Of a DNA stretch of 64,000 nucleotides, positions 1-12,994 are shown piece by piece. The DNA is from the human T2T-CHM13v2.0 reference genome, Homo sapiens. Position 1 is the stretch's first letter. Every line of letters starts with the position of its first letter. A model generated the notes under the pieces. It searched no databases, was not told the origin of the DNA, and saw only the letters and a program-made list of their open reading frames with translations. A program made the position numbers and the translations under genes. The DNA lies in NCBI RefSeq assembly GCF_009914755.1, contig NC_060935.1, one strand, 5' to 3'.

Positions 1-191
1 GGGGTGATTACATTGCCAGCGGAACAGATTGGACAGTGTGAGAGTTCATCATGTTACTCAGAATAACATGCAACTTACAACTTATGAATTGTCTATATCT
101 GAAATTTTCCATTTAATATTTTTAAATCATAGTTGACTTTAGGTAACTGAAACCACAGAAAACAAAACCACTGATAAGAAGGGAGCTACTG
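1..191 (-). mobile_element. MER44/Tigger7-type DNA transposon end (TcMar-Tigger), truncated by window edge
   Basis: Reverse complement resembles the MER44 5' end CAGTAGTCCCCCCTTATCCGCGGTTTC...CAGTTACC...AATATTAAATGGAAAATTCCAG, with CpG decay. Confidence 0.7.
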
Positions 192-1099
192 CACTGTCTG
201 TCCCTAGAAAGATCTTTATAGAATTATTAATATAGTTCATTCTAGATCATTGTCTATGAACTTGTCTGTACCCTACTTGAAATTGCTGTGTATCTGAGTA
301 CTTTACGTCTACGCAGATTGAATATGTGTTTCAATTAAGGCAAAATGATAATTTAGGCAGTTTTTTTTATCTGCACTACTGTCTTGCCATTCTGCATCAA
401 TTTTCTTCAGAGTCCTCTGCACCCTAAAGTGTGAATAAATCCAAGAGCTTAAATTTACATTTCTCAGATATATTTGTGTTTTAAGATGAATCAAAAGATG
501 TCCTCAGTGGATTTTAGTAAAACAACCAGGAACCAGCCCAATGATGTGTTAGAATGTAAGAGGTAGAGATCGGGAAGTTTTGGGTGTGAGCAGAACCCCA
601 GTCAAGATCCAGTGCTCTTGAATCATTTTAAAGGGATTAAGACTTTAAAAAAAGAACTCAGGCATGAGTGGATACAGTGGTTATTTTTTCTTCCTCTTTT
701 CTTACTGTCTTTTTCTGAAGGCAGGCCCAAATTTCATAGTCGCGCAGGTGTGTGGGCAGTGAAATCTCTAAGACAAACCTTGCTTTTCTCAGCAGTGGAC
801 AGGAAAAGGAGTTCTGTAAAGCTGGAGGTTGTGGGAGAAATTCTAATAGAGAAAAGACTGAATAAAGAAACCCTCAGTTCTGAGTATCAGCCAGCACAAA
901 AACTTGGCTTACCGTTAGTTATGTCGGGGGTAGGGGACAGAGAGACCCTGAGCAGCATAGCAAGTAATCCAGGACTTGTCAATGCAAAACATTTCCCATG
1001 AGTCAAAGTAAATCCTGAGTCATATATGTGCTGTTTTGTTACCTGCTGAACAAGCAAAACCAAGAAGATAACATAGCATATTCCAAAAATATTAGCATA

Positions 1100-4000
1100 C
1101 TTCAAACACTCAGTGTCTCATGACAGCGTCTAAGACCAAATTAAAAATTAATAGACATTTAAACAATGTGACCAATTCTCTAAGGAATAGGAAATAAACA
1201 TATCAATATCCTTAGACGATCTGAATGATAAGATTATTAGGCCAAATTTTAAAACAGCTATTATGATGTAAAAATAAGATAACTTAAAAATAAGTATTTA
1301 TTGTTATTTTAATTCAACATTATTATTATTAAATATAGTAAGATAGTAAACACACTTTAAATGAGTGAAAATATAGAAGTGTTAAAAAGTAAAATATAAG
1401 AAAGAACCAAATGTAACTGTAAAAGTAATAAAATTACAATATCTGGGGGGAAAAATCACTGCATGTACTCAATAGCAGAATAAAGATCAAAAAGTAAGAA
1501 TGAAATAAAATATAGATAAATAAAAATTATTCAGTCTTATAAAGAGAAAACAGCAAAGATTGAAAAGAATGTGCACAGACAGCCTCGGGGATAAGTGAGA
1601 CATTATCAACAGGTCTGGTATTTGTGGTATGGCTATATCCCAGATGGAGAGAATAAAGAGATTGATGCAGAAAAAATGTTTGAAGTAGAAACAAAAATTT
1701 CCCCAAATCTGTAAATTCCTATAAACTTAGGAATTCCAGAAGCTCAAGGAGTCTCAAATAGGATAAATGCACAAAAAAAATTCCTAGCTACATCATAATA
1801 AACTACTGAAAACAAAAAAGAAAGGAAAAGAAAACAAATCATGTAAATATTTAGGGAAAATAACATATTACATGTAGTAAAGCAATGATTGAAATGACTG
1901 TTAATTTCTCACCAGAGATGGTTGGATGCAGAAGACGGTGTTATGTCATCTTTAAAGTACTTAAAGAATATAACTTTTAATTCAGAACTCTATATGTAAC
2001 AAAAATATACTTCAGAAATTAAGCAAAAAATTTTTTTTCGATGAATGGAAAGTAAAAGAATTCTTCATCGCCAGACCTGTTGTAAAAGAAATACTAAAGG
2101 TACTTATTCAAACAAAGGAAAATAATATCAGAAGGTCTTATAGGCAACATGGAATTGGATTTTGTATTTTCTTATTTCATTCAGCCACCCTATTTTTTTA
2201 TGTAACTAATGTAATTAATTTACATTCAAGTAACTATTGATATATAAGGATTGACTAACGCCATTCTGTTAATTATTTCTGTTTTTTGTTTGTATCCTTC
2301 ATTCCTTTCTTCCTCTTTTTCATCTTTGTGATTTTGTTATTTTCCATACTGCTGCTTTGGTTCCTTTTTATTTAACATTTGTGTATCTCTTGTAGATTGT
2401 TTGCTTTGTGGTTATCATGAGGAATAAAAAGTGATAAATGAATCAAAAGCAAGAGAATAGGAAAATGATATACCATGCAATTACTAACCAGAGGAAAGCT
2501 GGAGTGTCTATATTAACATCAGACAAAATAAGCTTCAAAAGAAGAAATATTACAAGGGCTAAAGAAGGCCATAATACAACAATGAAACAGACAATTCACA
2601 GAGGACATTATGATCTTAAATATGAATGCATCTAACAGCAGTGATTCAAAATAGATGAGAAAAATTCATAGACTTGGATGGAGAAATAGCCAAATTCACA
2701 GTATCTAACCAAATTCCCATAAGAAAATTATATGTAAGTTATGTTATATGTATATATGTTAAGTAGACATTAACAACCTAATTCAAAACTCCCTGTGGAA
2801 GAGCCATAAAGTCACAATAGACAACTTCGAAAAGAATAAAACAAAAAACTAATTTGGAAGATAAATGGAACACACTATAGAATCTACAAATAGAAGAACA
2901 CAATAGATTTAATTAATTTTTGATAAAGATGCAAAGGCAGTTCAATGGATAAAGGACAATTTTTTCAACAATTAAATGATGTTGAAACATTTGAATATGT
3001 TTATTCAAAAAACAACCCCAACGTAAATATTGTACCTTATAATGAAATATTAACTCAAAATAGATCATAGACATAAGTGAACAACGAAAAACTAAAAAAC
3101 ACCTGGGAGAATACATAGAAAAAATCTTTGTGACCTTGACTTAGGCAAAAAGTTCTTAGATAAAACAACAAAATCCACTAAATTAAAAAAAAAATTGATA
3201 AATTGAACTTTATCAAAATCAAAAGCTTCTAATTTTTAAGAGACACCGTTAAGAAAAGTGAAAGACAAAGACATGTAACAGACTTTGGGAAATATTGGCA
3301 AGTCAAAAATCTCAACAGATATTTGTATCCAGAATATATAAGGAACCCACAAAGCTCAACAAGAAAACAAACAATCTAGTAAAAATGAGCCAAAGATTTG
3401 ACTATATGACCATACAGATAGCGAATAAGCATATGAATATATATCACTACATACCTAATAGAGTGGTTAATAAAACAAAACAAAAGAAAAAAACTGGATA
3501 AACAAGTGTTGACAAGGATATGTATGTTGATGCAGGGAATTAAAAAATCATACAGGTATCCTGAAAAACAGTTTGGTAGTTTCTTATGCAGTTAACCATA
3601 TGCTTACCACACTTCCAAGCAATCCTATTTAGAGGTATTTACTTAATAGAATTGAAAAGTTATGTTCACCCAAAAACGTGGACGTGAAAGTTTATATGTG
3701 TATAGATATTCTATTCAAAATGACCCCAAACTGGAAATAAGCCAAATGTCACTCACTAGGGAATAAACAAAATGAGGTATATCAATAAAATAAAATACAT
3801 TTGAACTGTTTGATATATTACATAGCAATCAAAAAGAATAAACCATTGATGTATGCAATAGCATAGGTGGATCTCAATCATATTTTGCTAAGTAAAATAA
3901 GCCAAATTCAGTGGGATGCATGCTATATGCTTTCATTTATATGAAATTTTGGAGAAAAAAATGAAATTGTGGAGAGGCAGAATCAAAAAACAGAAAATAA

Positions 4001-4200
4001 TCAGTGGCTGCTTGGTTAGATGTGGAGGGGAGTAGTTGACTAAAAAGGGGTAGCATTAGAGACTGTTTTTGGAAGGTGATGAAATATCTTTTTGGTTGTT
4101 TTTTGACACCAATAAGTGTCTTTTTTTTTCTAAACAAAGAAAAAACTATACACTAAAAAAAGTAGATTATATTGCATGCAATTTTTTTAACTGAAAAAAA
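1100..4200 (+). mobile_element. Old degenerate L1M (L1MC/ME-like): ORF1 remnant, ORF2 endonuclease start, ORF2 3' end and 3'UTR, with internal deletions
   Basis: A-rich sense strand; ORF 2438-2635 reads KMIYHAITNQRKAGVSILTSDKISFK (L1 EN motif); ORF 3295-3501 FVSRIYKE is ORF2 C-terminal; L1M 3'UTR-like sequence to ~4200. Confidence 0.8.
2135..2422 (-). mobile_element. Antisense L1M segment (inter-ORF region/ORF2 start) embedded in the sense L1
   Basis: Abrupt switch to T-rich strand; 'tcttataggcaacat...cattcagccac...tttacattcaag...gtggttatcatgagg' resembles antisense L1MA/MB ORF2 start. Confidence 0.65.
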
Positions 4201-5299
4201 TACTATGAAGGTATCTTTGGAGGTAATAACATGATACTGCAACCCACATTCACTCAATCACTTCTTTCCTTACCTGATCCATTGCAATCACAGTCTAAAA
4301 CTTAAGGGGCAAAGCGGGAATGCCTACTCTAGGTAAAGAATGACAGAGGAGGAGAATGAATAGACCTGGGTATCAGATACTGAAATTATGGTTCCATGTA
4401 TTAGAATTGGCCATAAGAAACAAACTGGGAAGGATGAGATTCAAGTCTTTCTTAAATGATAAAGTTATCTAGGGCTTACATATATATCTTCCAAAGTTTC
4501 TCAAACCTTGCCTTTTCAAGTTATTATGCTTCTCCTCTATGCAGATTGCATTCTGACTCATATGTGCATCACTGCTTAGATTTGACATCTGTTTACTTGA
4601 TTATTGAAAGCTTATTACATTTCAATTTTAAAGATCCAAATTTCTCTCCTGTAATCTGACATTCTGAAATTTTCTGGTCCCAAGGTTATGTTGATAGGTC
4701 CAAGAGCTCCATTCGAAACACAAGTCACTTCTGCTTTTATTTGTTTATCTTTAACCTGTTCGTGATGGGTTATGGTCTCAGCTGTCTGCTTCACTTACAT
4801 TTTGTCCAGTCGAGTAAAGTTTATTCGTGTATTTTCTTTTAAATATGACCAAGTATGCATTTCACTAGCCTCGATCAATCATTTTGTCATTAATCCAAAC
4901 TACTGTTCTCTGCTTTGGGTGATAATTTTCAGGCTGACAACTGCCTTGGGACAAAGGTATTTTCAGCTGTGATCTATGAGAGTGATTGGCAGGAACTGAA
5001 GTCTTGCATATCTCTGTTCCTTAATCACAGCACAAGGTGTACTTGGGAATGTCATCACCAACTGCAACAATCTTATTGGAGAAAAACTGCTGCTTAGCAT
5101 GTCTTGCAATGCAGAGTCTGAAGAAAAAAATCAGTAACAAGATACATGGTTAAATAAAGTCAATAAAACAATAGAAAACACTCCATTTTTATAAATTAAA
5201 TACCTTCTGACTATAAATTAGACAATGTTTTTCTTGTCTTTGTATACAAGGGAAAGCAAATTTTTTAAGCAGAGAAGGTAACATAATATTAGAATTTAA

Positions 5300-5810
5300 C
5301 TGTGTCTTCAAGTTGTGAGTAAAAGAAAACGCAACCGAAGGAGGCTTAAATAGTAGAGGGAACTAACTAGTCCATGTGACTTGCATATTTAGAAGTATGA
5401 TTACCGCAGCATCAGGATGATCCAGAACTGGTGACATCCAAGAACCCAGTTTCATTCTTTCTACTGCTCTGCTTTCTTCATTGTCAGCTTTCTCCCCTTT
5501 GCTTCCATTGACGGCTCACATCAGCTGGGGCAGGACGTTGTTCTCTGTTCATATTCTGAGAAATTGCAAGAATCTCTTTCTTAAACATTAAATGAAAATT
5601 CCTAACTCCAACCCTCATTGAACAACGTAGGTGACAACTCTTAAGTCAGTCACTGTGGCAGTTGATTGACTGGAGCCAGAGTTAGAAGCCCTTCCCTAAA
5701 GCATGAACAATCAAAAGGGAGAAGGGATTTTGCTGATTGGAAAGGCCGATCCAGCAATTACTGGAGCTAGGGATTGGTTCAGTGCCACCACTTACGTTTG
5801 CTACAAAAAG
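5300..5810 (-). mobile_element. Old MaLR LTR fragment (MLT1J/K/L-like)
   Basis: Start 'agttgtgagtaaaagaaaacgcaaccgaaggaggcttaa' resembles the MLT1 terminus; highly diverged. Confidence 0.45.
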
Positions 5811-5959
5811 AAGACAGGTAGATGAATTGACAACTAATTGTTTACCATGTCCAAAGTGCATGTAGTAGGTGTTAGGCAAATTTTTTTGTTAGATGAATAA
5901 ATTATTAATTATAAATTAAAGACAATTCTAGGCTTGCCAGTGAGTAACATTATGGGCAA

Positions 5960-6070
5960 AACTCACTACTCGACTTCTATTTCCTCATCTTTAATGCGAA
6001 CATATTAACTTCCATATACAGTTGCTATGAGAATTGGAAGAGTTAATACATGCAAAAGTCCTTAGCCAAC
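5960..6070 (+). mobile_element. MIR fragment
   Basis: 'tttcctcatct...gttgctatgagaatt...ttaatacatgcaaaagtccttagc' MIR core. Confidence 0.6.
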
Positions 6071-6080
6071 TAAAAAGTAC

Positions 6081-6232
6081 TTTTTTTCTTTTTTTTTTTT
6101 TGTTAAGGGATAGGGCTTGCTATGATGCCTAGGCGCTGGCTTCAAACTCCTGGGCTCAAGTCATCCTTTGTCTCAGCTCAAGAATTAACTCCTATAATTC
6201 TTGAATTACAGAAATTACAGGCACACGCCATA
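6081..6232 (-). mobile_element. Alu monomer (FLAM/AluJ) fragment
   Basis: Poly-T then 'caaactcctgggctcaagtcatcc...attacaggcacacgcca'. Confidence 0.75.
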
Positions 6233-6835
6233 CAATTTTTGAAAGTATTTTTTTAAGTATCAAATGTTTTAAGTATCGATACCATTTAAAAAATAATTTG
6301 CACTATAACACAGCCTCAAATTTTGTTAAAATTGAAACATTTTCATTCAACGGATTTTACTTTTTAATGACAAAACTTTTAAATCTTAGTACTTGAAAGC
6401 CAAATGCTATAAAATTTTTAGAGATTTTCTACTTAAGTATTTGATGCACCAAAAATTCAAGAAATTTATGGCAAGCTCTGTATTTTTGTTGTTGTTGTTG
6501 TTTAGAAATAAATAGTTCTGGGCAAACACATCAAGAACAAATAGGTTGTTGTTTTTTTAAAAAAGTATTGAAACTTGTATAAAATTAGTCCACTTATTGT
6601 TTTAAGTATTTTTATTGACTCTTTCTTTGTTCTTCTAGCTAACTTTTCTTTAATTTCTAAATCTAGATCTCAACTAAAAGTTGCCAAGTGCAAAAATAAA
6701 ATCCTAGAAAAAAAAAGGTTATCTCAGATCACAGGCAAATCATTATTGCAACGGTCATTTATGTTTTTTACCAGTTTAAATAATCTTTGACTACTATACT
6801 TCTAAAAATAGATGAAGTAAGATTTACTTCCACAT

Positions 6836-7035
6836 ACACTCTGTGTGTGTGTATGTGTGTATACATATATATACACACATATATATGAGTTAACATATAT
6901 AAATTATATGAGTTAATATACATAAATACAAATGAGTTATATAGATTTCAGTTATAAATACATAAGTTATATAGATTTGTTATATACAACATATTTTAGT
7001 TTTGTATTTGTGTATATCCATATACATATATAGAG
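6836..7035. repeat. (TG)/(TA)-rich low-complexity tract
   Basis: Degenerate TG/TA dinucleotide runs and short 'gagttata' repeats. Confidence 0.75.
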
Positions 7036-7116
7036 ATTTAATCAATCTTTAGCAAGTATTTCTTTAATCTCATCTTTTAAAAAGTATATATCTTAATTTA
7101 TCTGCTCTTTTAGAAT

Positions 7117-7647
7117 TGTGAGAGAGCACAATGTACCACCTCAAAATATGAAGTTGAGCTAAAGGCAATTTAGAAGAAGCAACAGATGCAGAAAAGCTCT
7201 GGCTTTTGTACATAGTTTTACAAGGACAGAAAGTACTCTGCCTTCACTCTCTACCAGGGAGAACAAAGGTTAACCACTGAAGACAACCATTAGACCCTTA
7301 TTGGCCTGGGGAGTGGTACCAGAGCAATCTACGTTAACAATCTTTACTAACTCCCATTTATCTGCCATTTATTTACCTTCCCACAACTTGCTGCCCCTAG
7401 AGACTTAAAGTCCATTTCCTTTGTCTTGTCACTTTTCTAAAAATGTACTTTTCTTTGTTACTATATAAACTGGAATTCAAAGCCACCTTTTTGAGAACTA
7501 CTTATTTCCTGTTTCCCATTTATGCATGAAAGAAGCATGTTAATAAACTTCTATTTGTTTTTCTCTTGTTGATCTGTCTTTTGTTTCAGGGGTCTGTTAC
7601 AACTTAGAACGTATGAGGATTGAAAAAAAGATTTTTCTTCCGCTACA
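7117..7647 (+). mobile_element. Solo ERV1 LTR, MER34/MER39-like
   Basis: TG...CA ends; near-TSD gaat/aaat; tatataaa ~7462 and aataaa ~7542; 3' end 'ttttctcttgttgatctgtcttttg...ttttcttccgctaca' typical of the MER34 group. Confidence 0.7.
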
Positions 7648-8040
7648 AAATCAATTTCAAAAAGAAAAGTTACACTGCATATAAATCATGATATTTCAGA
7701 ATGAATAGGCAGTTTATTAGTTTGCTTATTCAGATACGTTTTCCTTAAACCAACCAACCAAACAAATAATAGTGCACTGAATGTACAATAATTAAAAAGC
7801 ATGCTGATGTTCATTTCTCATAATTAGAATTCTAACTTTAATTTCACAACAGCGCCAATTACCAACGGCTTTGAGAATAAACTTGATGAGAACGGGCAGT
7901 TCAGGAAGCCTGATTAATTAACAAATATGAAAGTTGTTTTTTTTTTTTTTTTTTTTTTTTTTCCTGTGATGATGTCTGAGATACTTGAACCACTGGATAG
8001 AAAAAAAATAAAACATACTTTGAGAGTCCAAGAAAAAAAT

Positions 8041-8312
8041 ACTCTGGGAGGCCGAGGCTGGAGGATCATTTGAGGTCAGGAGTTTGAAACCAGCCTGTCC
8101 AACAAGGTGAATCCCAGACTCTATTAAAAATACAAAAATTAGCCGGTCATGGTGGCAGGCGCCTATAATCCCAGCTACTCGGGTGCCTGAGGCAGCAGGT
8201 GAGGAGAATTGCTTGAGCCCAGGAGGCGGAGGTTGCAGTGAGCAGAGATGGCACCATTGCACTCCATCCTGAGCGACAGAGAGACTGCATTTCAAAAAAA
8301 AAAAAAAAAGAA
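8041..8312 (+). mobile_element. 5'-truncated AluS
   Basis: Alu body with middle A-rich linker and poly-A; flanking TSD ~gagtccaagaaaaaaat / gaattcaagaaaaaat. Confidence 0.93.
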
Positions 8313-8499
8313 GAATTCAAGAAAAAATGATGTATGAAACTTAAGATAGCAAGTATATAGCAGCTCGTAACTTAAAAATCCAGCATTTTGGCTTTTTAAA
8401 AAATTAAAAGTGTTAAAAATATCAGCAAACAACTGTATAACTGAGAACTCTTCTATTTAGCATGATGATTGTCAAATTAAATTATAAAGAAAAGGTTTG

Positions 8500-8700
8500 C
8501 ATCTCAGCACTAACTTTTGCTAGCTATGTGAACTAGGGAAATGTACTACTTAACCTACCTGCATTTCTGTTTTCTCACCTAAAAATTGAAAAAAAAATCA
8601 TACCCGCATGATAACTTTGGCAGGAAAATTATTTAGCATCTATAAATAATTTTGTAACACAGGCCCTGGAATATCCTGCGTGCTTATACAAGTAGTTGTT
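8500..8700 (+). mobile_element. MIR
   Basis: 'tagctatgtgaactagggaaa...ttaacct...tttctcacctaaaaa'. Confidence 0.6.
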
Positions 8701-9959
8701 AAAATTTTAATGTTACATTAATAAATACAAATAACAAAGTATCTTTTTGCTAAAAATTCAGAAAATTTTTAAGAAAAAGACAAAAAGAAAAAAAGATCTT
8801 GCAATATCTATACCGCAAGCTACGTTTCCTTAGCACAAAAAATTTCATGCTTTTTGAACTTCTATTATGCATCAAGGCTATAGACAGTAATGGGCGATAT
8901 GAAAAGTGGTAGCAAAAAACCTCCTCCCTCAAAGAACTCAATGTAATCTATAAACTAGATTTTTAAATATAAATACTCTAATTCATAATAATTGAAGCAT
9001 TTGGTATGGAAAGATTAATTCTGATTGGACAATTTGGTATATAAATGCTTTTCAAAGCACTTAGCCAACTGGCTGAAGGGTATTTGTGATTGAACCACTC
9101 CTGTACTGAGCGCTGCGTTTTATTTACAAGAAAAATCAATATAAGAAGGCAAGTCTGTTCTTTTAAACCATTATAAAAGCTTCAGTCATCATATTCTTTA
9201 ATGAGAAATATTTGTGATAGCTTTGACTGCATTTTCTGTTCAACAGGGGGAAAGTATAGAAACATAGAAGACAGTTTATAATTCCAGTAAGTCCAGGCAG
9301 AATCTTAGTCTCATTCATATTATTTAAAAATTTCGATCTAATTATGCTTTGAAGGTTTCCCATGTGGCGATATAGTTCTTACCAATGTTGTTACAATGCC
9401 TCATCTGCTGGTGCTAACACAAATTTGAAAATACTATCTGATGTTCAGAGAAGTTCCAACACTCACATTTTATTCCAAATCTACATGATGCTGATTTCAG
9501 AAGCAAAATATTGTGATTTTTGAAATAAGTACATGCTTTAAAATGACAGCAAACAAATCTTGGAAGACTAGATAATAATTGTAGTACTTTACAATACCAG
9601 AATGTATAGAGGTTGACATGTTTTATATTTTTTAATATGAGTTTCATTTACAAGAATTAAAATCATTGAATTATTCAAGTTATTCATTTTCAGCCATGTA
9701 TGACCTTGGACAAATACCAGTCTTCTTTTTATGTCTCAGTGATTCACTTATAAAATGAGGAAAATTTTGTCCTGTCTTCCTCCCTTGTGGAAGTTTTATA
9801 AAAATCAGAAGAGATTTTGGCATTAAATCAAGGTTGTCTACTACAATCATTGTCCTCTTTTGAGTCCTGAAGTCCTGAAGAAAGTTGTCCAAGGAGATGG
9901 GTGAAAATGGAGCCTATTAAGCCAGAATTTTATTATTGTTTTTCTTTACATTTTTTGTG

Positions 9960-12200
9960 CCATCCCAATATGATAAAAATTTTCGAAAACATTTTCTTGT
10001 AAAAGTTTATAAGTTTTGTTTATTATGTTTACCTTATATAAGTTCTGGGATTTATTTATGAATGATGTGTGGTAGAGATGTAATTTTCTGTCATGTTTTC
10101 TATTGACAAATAATTTTATTAGCACTGTTTATTAAAGTGCATTATCTTCTGCTGATTTGTAAGGCTACCACTTTCCTATACAATATTCCTTATATACTAG
10201 GCTTTTTCTAGGCTCCCTCTTCAGTTTCATCATTAAATTACTGTCTTTGTGCCTACCCTCATACCCTTTTAATTCTTCTAGTTTTATAATTATTCTTAAT
10301 GTTAAGTGCTGAATCTTTTTTTTTAATCTTCATTAAAACTGGTGTGGCTTTTTGGTCTTTTAAACGTTTCTATGAATTCTAGAAGCAACTAGGTAAAATT
10401 TTTAATTAGAATTGCATTGAATTATTGATGAATTTGGGGAAAGTCAGTTTCTTTGCCACATTAAGTTATCACACATATGAACATTGTATATCTTTCCATT
10501 TGTTCAGATCTTTTATTTTCTCTACTCATATTTTGTATTTTTCCACCGCAAAGTTCTCTTGTATTGCTATTGACAGTGACATATTTGCTTCTTGAATATG
10601 TAATAACGTATAGTTCAACAATTTATTCTGGATTTTTCCAGAACATATTATGTTCTTCACTTTTCAGTAACCATATTTATTTTGAGATTTTGGCTTCTAT
10701 TAGTATATGTCAGAAATTACTGAGATTATATCATGGCATTTAGCTTCTTCTTTTATAATGTATTTATTTTAAATAGATAATATTTACAAAGAGTAAAATA
10801 GCCATAAAACTGATTAAAGACAAGCCATAGAAAATAAGTTTTCCTCTGATTCTGTTTTACAAGGTTCGTTTTATTATTATTCAGTTACGGTGAGTCTACA
10901 GAACCGGAGAGGACTGATATTAAAAGTCTAGTTTGTTTCTCACAGTTCTCAAGAGGAGAGGGCACACCACACCAGAGAAAGTCACACAGGGAAACTCCAA
11001 GGTAGGTCAAGAGGCAGAGGGAACAGGAGTAATGCATAGGCAAGAGCCTTTATTGTGATTTCCAGGGGAAGGAGATGGGGTAAGCAGGTTTAGGATAGGC
11101 TAGTTTGAATAATTTCAGGGGACTTTTGTGAATAAAAATTGCCCCGAGTTGTCTAGTACTTAACCTTGGACTACTTAGGGTAGGGGAATAGTGGCCAAGA
11201 GTATAAAAGCCCCTAAGATAAAGTAGGTAGTTGGGGTATAGGCTCTGGATTGGTTGGTTTGCATATGATAGGTGGGCTCACAGGAAAGTTATTTACTGGC
11301 TCTAGGAATTAGCTAGCCTTGGGAGGGGCTGTCTTTCCAGAGTCTGCAAAACCCTACATGACAAAGCATTAGAAATACAGAAAATATAAAGGCACGATTA
11401 ATAGTCTATCTCCCTTCTCTAACCACGCAGTTCTCAAGAGGTAAAAAATTAATAATTTTATTTTCAGAAATAATCTAAACATTTTTAAATATATGTAACT
11501 GTACATTCATTTGCACAATTGCATACAGTACGTAATAATGCATTTTGCCTTTTAGTAAACAATATATATTGAGATTTTTGAAATATTGGTAAATCTAAAT
11601 TAACTTATTCATTTTACTAGTTCTTCAGAATTCCATTAGATTGCTGTATTACAATTTACTTGACCATGATTTTTGCTGAAGAACATATAGCTTATTTAAA
11701 TATTTTATTATCATAAATAATCCTGCTTTATTTATTTTTTGTTTATTTCATGTAATTAACACATGTATAAGTCTTTATTGGAAAAGAGATAAAAATGCTT
11801 ATTGAAAGGGTGATGCATTTGGAATAATGATATATATTGACAAACTGTCCTCCATAAGATTGCTCCAATTTATACTCCTAGGATGTTTGAGAATGCCAGT
11901 TTCTCTCCCTATCAGAGTCCCTAAAAAGTATTTATCAAAGTCTTTTTGTGTGTGTATGTCTTCATATATACAGAACACATATGCATATATTGATATAGTG
12001 AGAGTTATTTCTTGGATATTTTATTTAGAATTTTTGTAATTATTATCAAAATATTTTCTATAATGTCTCTTTATCATAGTTTGCTTTTATGGTTTTGATA
12101 TCAATATTCTAATCATTTCCTAAAATACTTTTTGGAATGTTCTCTCTTTTACATTTTTTGGAATATATAATATGAATTATTTGTTTCTTGAATATGTCAT
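9960..12200 (-). mobile_element. Old L1ME-type fragments, interrupted by an LTR
   Basis: T-rich antisense L1 motifs such as 'ttagaattgcattgaatt', 'ctccaatttatactcc'. Confidence 0.55.
10883..11404 (-). mobile_element. ERVL solo LTR, MER74/MER54 group
   Basis: Reverse complement begins 'tattaatcgtgcctttatattttctgtatttctaatgctttg...cccctcccaaggctagctaattcctagag...atatgcaaaccaaccaatccagagcc'; polyA signal (tttatt on +) ~11049. Confidence 0.7.
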
Positions 12201-12689
12201 AGAATTTGACTTAAAATTTTTTGTGGCTTTTTTCTTAAATGTATAAGTTAGGATTCATAGACCTCACCTCTAATTTTTATCTATAGAATTCTACTTGTAG
12301 TGTGACTTCACAAAAGTTTTAATGATGTTGAAAGTAAAAGTTTAGAATTATCTAAGCAGCCAATTCATTGTATTCATGATTTTTAAAAAAGATGTTTGAA
12401 TTACAGAAATGAGTTCCCAATTAGAAATAGAGTATAATGGCTTTAACAAACAAACCTACAATCTCATAGTTTTTTACAGAAAAAAATGAAGAAGATTTTG
12501 GCATTGCAAATATACTTGTGGCATTAACTTTGACCCCTTAAGCATATTTTCCTTGGTGTACTCTTTCAATTTTTTTCCCAAAAATTTATTGGTCTTTGGG
12601 AGATAGATGACACAACTGGGGTAGCCTCAGTCTGTCAGAAATATCTACAAGATATCAAAAAACACAACATCACAAGTAAGCATATTCTT

Positions 12690-12994
<305 letters not shown>

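Noticed and set aside
612-1105. 129-aa and 72-aa ORFs
   Set aside because: No recognisable domain or splice structure; likely chance frames in or near old L1 5' sequence.
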